64,000 bases of DNA from positions 62,001-126,000 of the forward strand of contig VRVR01000041.1 in assembly GCA_009859145.1 (NCBI GenBank), written 5' to 3'. Shown piece by piece: positions 30,282-39,176 of this stretch. The DNA is from Andalucia godoyi And28. Its lineage: Eukaryota; Protista; Jakobida. The number at the start of each line of letters is the position of its first letter. The first letter of the stretch is position 1. The notes beneath the pieces were generated by a model that was not told the origin of the DNA, did not search any database, and was given only the letters and a program-made list of their open reading frames with translations. Made by a program: the position numbers and the translations under genes.

Positions 30282-31709
30282 ATGGAGAACCAAGAAAGTT
30301 TATTTGTGACTGTGAAGGTCAAGAGCTCTTCCGGAGATTTTGAAGTCACCGGAGTTGAGCTTCACGGTCTTGTGTCGTCTTTGAAGGAAAAGGTTGAAGC
30401 GGCGACGGGGGTTCCTGCTGCTGTTCAGCGTCTTATTTACAAAGGGCATGTGCTCAAAGACGCCGCGGAGCTTTCCAGTTACAATTTTCAAGATGGCCAT
30501 GCCATCCATCTGGTACGCGGGTCATCCTCTGCCGCTGCTGCCGCTCCGTCTGTTGCCGCCGCTGCCTCGACAGGAGCAACTGCGTCTTCGGTTCCCACGG
30601 CAGTCCCTTCTCAGACAAGCGGTGCGAGACCCGCCGCTCCTGCCGCCTCGGCTGCAAATCCTTTTGCAGCGCCTTTCGCTCTCCCGACTGCGGCTGCTCC
30701 AGGTGGCAATCCCTTTGCCGCACCTTTCGGGGGTGTGGGACAGATGCCCGACATGGAAGCCATGATGCGGTCTCCTATGATGGATGCCTTGCTCTCCAAT
30801 CCAGAGTTCATGCGCAGTATGATTCAATCGAACCCTCAGTTGTCGCAGATTGTTCAACAGAATCCCGAGCTTGGACGAATGATGACCGATCCTCAAATGC
30901 TTCGACAGACGATGGAAATGGCTAGAAATCCCAGCCTCATGAGGGAGATGATGCGCAATCAAGACCTTGCTATGAGCCAAGTGGAAGGTATTCCGGGGGG
31001 ATTTGACGCACTTCGCCAGATGTACCAAAATGTCGCCACTCCGCTGTTTGAGGCGACGACCAATCCAACCCCAGAACCGTCTAATGATCAGCCGGCTGCG
31101 CAAAATCCCCCTCAGAATCCCCCTTCATCTGGAACCTTTCCCAATCCGTTTGCTGCGCCTGCTGGAGGACCGAACGCTGCGAACCCCTTTGCTGCCGCTG
31201 GAGATCCTTCAAATCTTTTTGGAGCCGCAGGCATGCCTGCTGGAATGGAGCAAATGATGCGGAATCCAATGATGCAACAAATGATGCAACAAATGATGTC
31301 CGACCCGCAGTTTATGGAATCAATGCTTCGTTCGAACCCTGCAATGGCGCCTTTGATTGATCAGAATCCGGCTGTCTTGGAGCAACTTCGAAACCCACAG
31401 TTTCTTCAAGCGATGTCTGACCCAGCAAATCTACAAGCTCTGGCCCAGTTGCAGCGGTCCGGACTTTTCCCCAGCGGCGCAGGTGGTCTGGGTATGGGGG
31501 GGTTGGGAGCGCTTGGCTCTGGAGCTCCACAATGGAGTGTTCCGGCGCAGACGACTCCTGCAACTCCTCCCGCGAATCCCGAACAGCATTATGCCTCTCA
31601 GCTTTCCCAATTGGAGGAGATGGGATTCTTTGATCGTGAGGCCAACATTCGAGCATTGGTGGCGTCGCGCGGTAATGTGCAGCTCGCAATTGAGCGCTTG
31701 TTGCAATAA
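30282..31709 (+). CDS. UBQLN: Ubiquilin/Dsk2 (UBL - STI1 - UBA), 475 aa
   Basis: N-terminal UBL (QRLIYKGHVLKD), M/P/N/Q-rich STI1 repeats, and C-terminal UBA (QLSQLEEMGFFDREANIRALVASRGNVQLAIERLL). Confidence 0.95.
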   Translation: MENQESLFVTVKVKSSSGDFEVTGVELHGLVSSLKEKVEAATGVPAAVQRLIYKGHVLKDAAELSSYNFQDGHAIHLVRGSSSAAAAAPSVAAAASTGATASSVPTAVPSQTSGARPAAPAASAANPFAAPFALPTAAAPGGNPFAAPFGGVGQMPDMEAMMRSPMMDALLSNPEFMRSMIQSNPQLSQIVQQNPELGRMMTDPQMLRQTMEMARNPSLMREMMRNQDLAMSQVEGIPGGFDALRQMYQNVATPLFEATTNPTPEPSNDQPAAQNPPQNPPSSGTFPNPFAAPAGGPNAANPFAAAGDPSNLFGAAGMPAGMEQMMRNPMMQQMMQQMMSDPQFMESMLRSNPAMAPLIDQNPAVLEQLRNPQFLQAMSDPANLQALAQLQRSGLFPSGAGGLGMGGLGALGSGAPQWSVPAQTTPATPPANPEQHYASQLSQLEEMGFFDREANIRALVASRGNVQLAIERLLQ

Positions 31710-31781
31710 ATGATACGGTTCTCTGGATGTATGTGTGTGTATACATCTTTTGTTTAAGAATATTACGAATGCGGCGTCGAC

Positions 31782-33482
31782 TCATCGCGTACCGGACGAT
31801 GATGCAGTAACCACTCGGCGACCTCGAATAAGAGCTGGTGTCCTCGACCGGTTAGCACGATATGGGTGAACAACACTCCCTCGATCAGCTGTCACTTTCC
31901 GTTGAAACGATTTCTTTAACTGCGGCGACTGGGATTGTTCATCAAACGGTTCTTCACGTTCCACCTCCGTTCCCCCAATCAAATCTGGCGGCAATTCAAG
32001 ACAAGGGCACCTTTGTCGGTAGGCCTTGTACGATTCTCGGATGAATTGCAGATTCTTTTGGACACCCGGTGTATGTGGTTGACAATTGAATGCTTTGAGA
32101 GATTTCAACTGCGAGATAGAGAATACGTCACAAAGAACAGGAACCGAGCATGATGTGGAAGACACATCCAAGATTTCTACAGCGACGAAAGCTTGCTTAA
32201 TAACAGCAAGCACCGCATTAGTGACATTAACATTATTGGAAACGTCAAAACTGATCAAACACTCTAAATTCAAAAGAGACGACAATCTTGCAACCATTGT
32301 ATCATGAATTCCACAAGATTTCAGTGAAACATGCGTGAGATTTTGTGAACACATGTCTACCAAAGAAAAATCCAGCAAACAATTAGAAAAACTCAACTTT
32401 CTGCACTGTGGTAAGAATTGAAGCAGATCGCGGACATTCTCCTTCGAAAAGTTCAAAAAGCAATCAAAAAATACAACTTCCAAGCGATTTAAAACACTGG
32501 ATTGCAAAGCTGATACGACAGAAGAAGCATCAACAATATCAGATCCGTTAACCTCTAGCCGAGACATCGAGACAGCTGAATCACGAGGAAACACAAAGAA
32601 TTCTGGACACACGGGTGTGGACAAGCACGCGACTCCGTGTTGTCCATGGTCTCCGTTTCCACAAACAGTCAGGAACTGTATCCATGACGAAACTGCATAG
32701 AATGAACAAGAGGTACCATTCAAATTAAGAAACCGAAGCCGGGAAAACAGAGACGGAACAAGAGAGAAGTCCTTCCCGAACAGATACCACAAGAAATCAT
32801 CCCCAATGAAGCTGTTCTTTGACATGTCCAATTCCACAAGGTGCTCTGCAATACATTGAATGAGAGCACGGTTTTCCACAATCGTATCTCTGTCCACACT
32901 TGACAAGTTCAAAGAAAATGGCTTGCAAATTTGGACATAGTCTGTTAGTGCCAGTTCTCCGTATGATTGGATTCGAGAGCCCTTCCGAAGCCTCACCTTC
33001 GACACCATGGTCAAAAAATGTTCTCGGAAAAGAGGGATTGATACTGCATTTTCCTTGAAGTGAACTATTGCAGCAACAGTGCATATCGCTTGCATGCTTG
33101 TCAAGCCGCACAGCTGTTCCAGGACTCCAATGAATGGGTCGGAAGCTGACATGCACAAGTGCTGCGCACAAAGGCCTTGTAAAGATTGGCACGGCAAATG
33201 CCTATCAAGGGAAGCGCTTTCGGAGCCTAATCTGGAGGGTTGGCCCCGATGAGTTTTTGCCGTCCTCGCCGTCCTCGCAACCACTTCCGTTTCCTGTCTC
33301 TCCAACTGTGGAACAACAGTACTGACGCCGCTGGAAGACGGCTTCGATTTTGGGGACATCCTCCGAGGAGACCCAATTGTGATGTAAACACCCTGCGATG
33401 GACGCGGTTGAATGGATGCACGAGCTAGCCGATAGCTGTCAGAAGGAGGGTTTGCAACACCTCGGACCGAAAGTGGGTTCAT
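31782..33482 (-). CDS. RNI-like leucine-rich-repeat protein with a candidate BC-box
   Basis: Repeated LxxLxLxxx/c units (LVELDMSKN, LRFLNLNGT, LTHVSLKSC, LISFDVSNN, VEILDVSST), with SLQGLCAQHL upstream. First ATG 33482. Confidence 0.75.
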   Translation of the reverse strand: MNPLSVRGVANPPSDSYRLARASIQPRPSQGVYITIGSPRRMSPKSKPSSSGVSTVVPQLERQETEVVARTARTAKTHRGQPSRLGSESASLDRHLPCQSLQGLCAQHLCMSASDPFIGVLEQLCGLTSMQAICTVAAIVHFKENAVSIPLFREHFLTMVSKVRLRKGSRIQSYGELALTDYVQICKPFSLNLSSVDRDTIVENRALIQCIAEHLVELDMSKNSFIGDDFLWYLFGKDFSLVPSLFSRLRFLNLNGTSCSFYAVSSWIQFLTVCGNGDHGQHGVACLSTPVCPEFFVFPRDSAVSMSRLEVNGSDIVDASSVVSALQSSVLNRLEVVFFDCFLNFSKENVRDLLQFLPQCRKLSFSNCLLDFSLVDMCSQNLTHVSLKSCGIHDTMVARLSSLLNLECLISFDVSNNVNVTNAVLAVIKQAFVAVEILDVSSTSCSVPVLCDVFSISQLKSLKAFNCQPHTPGVQKNLQFIRESYKAYRQRCPCLELPPDLIGGTEVEREEPFDEQSQSPQLKKSFQRKVTADRGSVVHPYRANRSRTPALIRGRRVVTASSSGTR

Positions 33483-34034
33483 GATTGTTTCTTCAGATGC
33501 ATGTATATGGGAAAAAATATTTTTGAGACGACGCACAGGAGGAACTCGACGGATTACAATTATTCCTTTCTTGTGGAATAGCTACGTACAATGCAAAAAA
33601 ATTAAATCGTACTAGACTACGTGAAATTCGATCTGCACTCGGGGTTTCTGCCGTTCTGGCACCAGGGAAAGGATTCCAAGATGTTTTTAGAATTATTATT
33701 TTATATGTGAAACTGGGAAATTGAAGTTCGAAAAAACGTTTGCGTATTTTATTTTTTCTGATCCGACAAGCTGCGGGCTTGCTTCCACCGACGTGAAACG
33801 TGTGATTTTAACAGCTGTAGTTCTCCCCTCCCCCCTGCGTTTCTCCTTTTCCCTTTCGCTCATCGCAGTTCACTGCCGTGTGCGTCATTTTCTTCCAGTT
33901 TCAGTTATCATTATCTTTTTTTTTTTTTTTGCTTGGTTTTCAATTTTTGTTGCAAGAGAGTCGGTATTGATATCTTAATTATAACTGTTGTCATTAGCAT
34001 TCTCATCATTATTTATATATATACTCTCAAAGAT

Positions 34035-36044
34035 ATGGATATCACAAATTTCAATGGCGTCAAGGTCTACAATGTGACGAGCGCAGCATCAAAACTTCTT
34101 CCTGCCTTTCTCAAGGCCCGGGGGGAGAAAATCAAAAAGGTGTCGCAAACAGATTCGATCGATCTGTTGCAGGAGTTTGAGTTTCCAAGTGCGTGTAATT
34201 GCATCACAATGTCAGAAGATCTGCAAACTGTCATTGCTGCTGGTTCATACAAGCCACAGATTAAAGTCTGGGAGACGGAAGAACTGACCATGAAGTTCAT
34301 GCGGTCAATGGATTCGGAGGTCATGAAAGTCCAACCACTCACTGAAGACTGGAAGAAGTTGGTTACTCTTCACGCGGATCGCTATGTTGGCTTCCACGCC
34401 CAATTCGGCTTGTATCATAGTTTGCGACTCCCAGCTTTCGGCCGGGACTTGGCATACGATTGCAGGACTTGTGATCTGTTTGCTGTTGGGATGTCATCCG
34501 AGGTGTATCGGATAAATCTCGAGGAAGGCAGATTCCAGACTCCGCTATCTTCTGCTTCGGGTGTATCTTGCGAGTATCTTCTTTCTTGTGACCGCCAGAA
34601 AATGGGTACTGGAGTTTTGTTCGCGGCCGGCGGGGATGACGGTTTGGTGCAGTTCTGGGATCTAAGGACCAAGGCTGCGGTGTCGTATCTCAAAGTTTCT
34701 GAACACGATGTCTCTCGTGTCCGATTTTGCCCAGCCAACTCCGTCCACATGGCTGCAGGAGACGCATCTGGAGTAGTGAGAATATTTGACCTTCGCATGT
34801 CTGAGCCTATTTTAACAAAGGACCATAATTTCGAAGTTCCTATTGTACAAATACATTTCCACGAAGGCTCGAACAAGTGGATATCTGCCTGTGAGCGTGC
34901 AATCAAAGTCTGGGACGCACAAACCGGAGATGCATTTACGTCTATGGAACCGTATTCTGCTGTACCTTCTGGTCGGGGTTCCACTGTAACGACGAATTTG
35001 TCGATTGCGAAGAAGAAGAAGAAACTGTTCAAGAACAATTCAGTAGTGGACGGCGCATTCTCTGGTGCAGCCGTGCATTCCGACAGCACAAATGACTTTT
35101 CTGGTAGAATTACCGATTTTTGCGTGGCTGCAGGAGACAGAGGCCTCCTATTTGTTGGAGGAGATTGCCCCCACATGCAATCCTACTTCATTCCAGAACT
35201 CGGCCCTGCTCCCAGATGGTGCTCGTTTCTGGATTCCGTGGCGGAAGATTTCAGCGAACAGGTTCCGACGTTTTATACAGACTACAAATTTGTTACCCGC
35301 GCAGAACTGGATGCTCTTGGTTTGACTCATTTGATTGGAACAGACATGCTGCGAGATTACATGCATGGCTTTTTCATGGATATTCGGCTGTATAAGAAGG
35401 CAAAATCTGTCGCGGATCCATTTGAATTCAAGAAATACCGTGAAGAACAGGTGCAGTCCAAGATCAAATCGGAAAGAGCATCGCGTGTGGGACTTGCGCA
35501 ACCGACTGCGGGCGCGGTGGACAAGCCTGCAGTCTCACAGAAGGTCTTGAAGGATAGCAGGTTTGCGCAACTTATCGATGGTAATGCAGATTTCGAAATT
35601 GATGAAGAAAGCGCAGAGTTCAAACGCGCCTTCCCTGGTGGACGTCAGAAGCTGCTTCGCAATGGCGGCGATGACAGTGAAGACAGCGAAGCTGAAAATG
35701 AGACGAGACCTGTTGAAGAATCCGCTATTTCGAGTGAGCGCAGCGAGGAAAATGAAGGCGACGACAATGACTCGGAAGATGAGGACGTTATAAACCGAGT
35801 TTATCTTGATCCTTTGGCAAAGAACAAAGCGTCCCGCGCTTTGCGTCAAGCGGAGAAAGAGCGAGAGCTTGTTCGGAAGCGCGAAGTAGAAGATGAAGAA
35901 CAGCGTGCTCGCAAGAAAGCCCGAAAGCAGCCAATGGAAGATCGTTTGGCGTTAGAAGACAATTCCAGCAAAGGCTCTCGGCCTATTCGATCCGCGTCTA
36001 CTGACAAATTCCGAGACAGAAGACGCATGAACTTCCGCAAATGA
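34035..36044 (+). CDS. NOL10: Nucleolar protein 10 (Enp2; WD40 plus NUC153), 669 aa
   Basis: NGVKVYNV, DLLQEFEFP, AAGSYKPQIKVW, YFIPELGPAPRWCSFLD, YKFVTRAELDALGL, YMHGFFMDIRLYKKAK and DSRFAQL..NADFEIDEES. Confidence 0.95.
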   Translation: MDITNFNGVKVYNVTSAASKLLPAFLKARGEKIKKVSQTDSIDLLQEFEFPSACNCITMSEDLQTVIAAGSYKPQIKVWETEELTMKFMRSMDSEVMKVQPLTEDWKKLVTLHADRYVGFHAQFGLYHSLRLPAFGRDLAYDCRTCDLFAVGMSSEVYRINLEEGRFQTPLSSASGVSCEYLLSCDRQKMGTGVLFAAGGDDGLVQFWDLRTKAAVSYLKVSEHDVSRVRFCPANSVHMAAGDASGVVRIFDLRMSEPILTKDHNFEVPIVQIHFHEGSNKWISACERAIKVWDAQTGDAFTSMEPYSAVPSGRGSTVTTNLSIAKKKKKLFKNNSVVDGAFSGAAVHSDSTNDFSGRITDFCVAAGDRGLLFVGGDCPHMQSYFIPELGPAPRWCSFLDSVAEDFSEQVPTFYTDYKFVTRAELDALGLTHLIGTDMLRDYMHGFFMDIRLYKKAKSVADPFEFKKYREEQVQSKIKSERASRVGLAQPTAGAVDKPAVSQKVLKDSRFAQLIDGNADFEIDEESAEFKRAFPGGRQKLLRNGGDDSEDSEAENETRPVEESAISSERSEENEGDDNDSEDEDVINRVYLDPLAKNKASRALRQAEKERELVRKREVEDEEQRARKKARKQPMEDRLALEDNSSKGSRPIRSASTDKFRDRRRMNFRK

Positions 36045-36430
36045 GCGAGAATCACTTTTATCCGTCCACCCGCTGTATGTAAAATGTTCTCGCCTTTTGG
36101 TATGCAGTATTATTCTATTTCTGCCTTTTTTGCATCCTACATGACGGCATGCAGCATACCCGTCCTCGATGCCGGGAACGGCAGGGTTCGCAAGTCGCGC
36201 AGTCGCAGCACACACTCTTGGTGAAAAAAAATAGTTAAAATCAAAAAAAAAAAAACAACAACAAAAAAACATCGTCGGCTGTAACCGCGCCCTTCTTCCT
36301 GGAATGCATCGGATTGACGTTCTTCTCGCCACTCCCTCTTTTTTTGCTGGCTGCGGCTTAGGTGCAACGTTTCCGTCCATTCGCTCATTTCCTTTCGTTC
36401 AACTCTGGAACACATCCAGCAGGCCACACA

Positions 36431-37321
36431 ATGGGGAAGTATGCGCAGTTCATCATCGGACCTGCAGGGAGTGGCAAATCTACCTATTGCGCGGAGTTGT
36501 CGCGTTATTTAACCGAAAAACATCGAAAGGTTCACTGCGTGAATCTCGATCCTGCAGCGCACCACCTTGCCTACGAACCATCGATCGATATTCGTGAACT
36601 CGTCACAACCGAAGACCTCGCTTCCGAGCTGTCCTATGGTCCGAATGGGGCGCTTTTAGCGGCGTTCGAGTATCTGGGGAACAATATGGATTGGTTTGAA
36701 GAGGAAGTGTCGGATTTTTCGGACGACTATTTGTTGATTGATTGTCCTGGGCAAATCGAGCTCTACGCTCACATCCCGGTTATGCGGTCCATTGGAAAAT
36801 GTTTGCGAGATCGCATGGGCTATTTTGTCTGTGCCGTATGTTTGATTGATGCTTCATTCGTTGCCGATATCACAAAGTTTGTAGCGGGATCGTTAGTTTG
36901 TCTGTCAGCCATGTGCTCTCTGGAGCTTCCCCACATTAACGTCGTTTCAAAGTGCGACTTGTTACCAAAAGGTGTGGAGAATGAGGAGCTACAGCGATTG
37001 TTGTCGCCAGACAAGTATGAAATTGCAGAAATGCTGGATCAGTCGTCGGTTAGTCATGCCCCTGGGCTGCGACGACTGCATGAGCAGATGGCTGGATTAT
37101 TGGATGAATTCTCCCTCGTTTCTTTCATTCCGCTAAACATCAGAGACGATGAGTCGGTTGAACACGTGCTTTATCAAGCGGATCAGTGTGTGCAGTTTGG
37201 AGAAGACGAAGAGCCGAAGGAGTCAGACTTCTTCCCTCCCGAGCGAGACGGTGACGACGGCGATGACGCGGGCCAGATGGATGCAGCAGCGCAGTTTATT
37301 GGTGGCGGCGGATTCCCGTAG
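36431..37321 (+). CDS. GPN3: GPN-loop GTPase 3, 296 aa
   Basis: MGKYAQFIIGPAGSGKSTYC, VNLDPAA, YGPNGAL, IDCPGQIELY, LELPHINVVSKCDL and QFGEDEEPK. Confidence 0.93.
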   Translation: MGKYAQFIIGPAGSGKSTYCAELSRYLTEKHRKVHCVNLDPAAHHLAYEPSIDIRELVTTEDLASELSYGPNGALLAAFEYLGNNMDWFEEEVSDFSDDYLLIDCPGQIELYAHIPVMRSIGKCLRDRMGYFVCAVCLIDASFVADITKFVAGSLVCLSAMCSLELPHINVVSKCDLLPKGVENEELQRLLSPDKYEIAEMLDQSSVSHAPGLRRLHEQMAGLLDEFSLVSFIPLNIRDDESVEHVLYQADQCVQFGEDEEPKESDFFPPERDGDDGDDAGQMDAAAQFIGGGGFP

Positions 37322-39176
37322 AAACGGGCTGATCTCGCGTTTAAAAAAAAAAGAAGAAGAAAAGAAATATGACGGGTAACCTGATTTTGCTGCGTGTGTC
37401 GGTTCATCGAAACGGCGTCTGCGTTGTTTTTCAGCTCCCGCGTTACGTCTATGCAAAATCCACAAGGCCTGCAACGCTCCCCTTCGCATTGCAACTTCGC
37501 AAGCAGCTTCTATCAGATGCGGCGCCTGCTCTGCATACACTTGAATATTGATGAAGAAGTTTCTTCGTTTCCAGAGACTGCCGCGGCTGCAATTTGATTC
37601 CGCATAGGTGCTTGTCCGGCGTATTGCCGTTTTCCTGCCGGTTCTGCTTTTTCTTGGCTTCCTTTCTTTGTTTTTTTGCTCTAGAGCGTCATAGGTGTGC
37701 AATATTTGAATCGCAGCGGAATAATCATACGACAGTAGCGGAAATTCGAACTCCATGCACGGTGAGACTCGGAACTGTAAATAAACTCAGTTACGGTTTT
37801 CATCACCGAAGCACCAGGATTCTGCCGAGTACAACTTCGTCCGCAAGCCCGACAGTACAAAAAGTGGGGAGCGAAATTAAACAAACCCGTAGTGACGCTC
37901 CCCCCTCCAAGTCTCAAACTTTGAGAGGAACGCGACATCATAGTTCTCGCAGAAAACTCGCAAAAAAATTTGGGCGTCGTTGTGGAGTCGTTGGTAAGAA
38001 GTGCGGATGCACTGCAACTCTTCAACAAGCCCGAGTTGTGGACGACGACAACAAGTAAATCAAAACGAAATAAGAACAAGTAAACCGCGAGATCGTGGAA
38101 AAGAAGGAGATATTTTAATTTAGCTAAAGCCAGATCGGAAATACTCTTCGTTAGAATTTCAGGCATTGTGACAAGACGATGAAAACGAAAATTACATGCG
38201 GGACGAACAGTTCAAAAGTTGCCCAGCGCCTCGTTCCAATGCTAATCACTGTTGAACAGTACTGGCAACACTCACGTCGCTTTCATGAGATTTATGCGTA
38301 CAACTCCTCACAGGAGAAGGCGCTCAATATGATTGAACAATGCTTCAAACATGCATTTCGAGAAGCAAAGTCAATCTCGATCCATTTCGAACTCCACAGC
38401 GTTTGTACTCTTCAGTTGCTTTGTCGTGGACTACCACAGCTTCTTCGACGTTTCCGCTCCGCCATCGTCTTTAAGATCAGGGCGGTTGAAGTTGCTCCCG
38501 AACGCGATTTTGCCGTTTGAAGGGTCTTGGACTTGTCGTTTCGAGATCAGGCCGTTGTCAATCGCTGGAGACTCCCGCGCAACAGATCGTCTTCTCTTTG
38601 CATTCTTTTTTCCGTGGCAGTTGTGACGGAGCGGCTTGCGAGGTCCTTTCGGATGGGATTCAATGGAATACAGGCGTCCACGATATACCCGATCTTGCCA
38701 GAGGAAGCCCCATCATCTTCTGAGCGTCATGGAAGAGAGATATCAAAGTGTTTTGGCTTTAACCGCGCTCGCTTCGAGATACATTTTTTTAAAAATACGG
38801 ATTCCGAATTTTGCATCTCATTTGGGTTCCTTTTTTACATTATAAAAATCTCAGTTCGAAAAGCAGCAAAGCCATTTTTTAATTTTATTTAAGAGCCGCC
38901 TTCAAGGAGAAAAACATGCCTTCCAACGGTTTCTTTTTTCGTCCTCAGTGTGAGGTCCGGCGCACTCGTTCTCGGTTTTTTTTGCTGCATTGAACTTTGA
39001 AACCTTTCGTCTTCGATTGAGTGGAAACGGGTCCTCATTTTATTTTATTCTTTCTTCTCGTATCCAATCAGTCCAGGACCGTCATTTTCTCTTTGCTTGT
39101 GGCATTCATTCCCCCCACTCTTTTGGTTGTATTGCATTGTTTTGTTGTTGGTTATTATTATTGCGTTTTTGCATAA

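Noticed and set aside
33858-33866. GCTCATCGC (reverse complement of the yeast PAC motif) upstream of NOL10
   Set aside because: It is a single occurrence, not seen upstream of NOL9 or TEX10, and PAC-binding factors are known from fungi.
38518-38520. In-frame TGA between two ORFs as selenocysteine or readthrough
   Set aside because: There is no redox Cys/Sec context, no SECIS-like structure recognised and no family match. Bona fide genes here use TGA as a normal stop.
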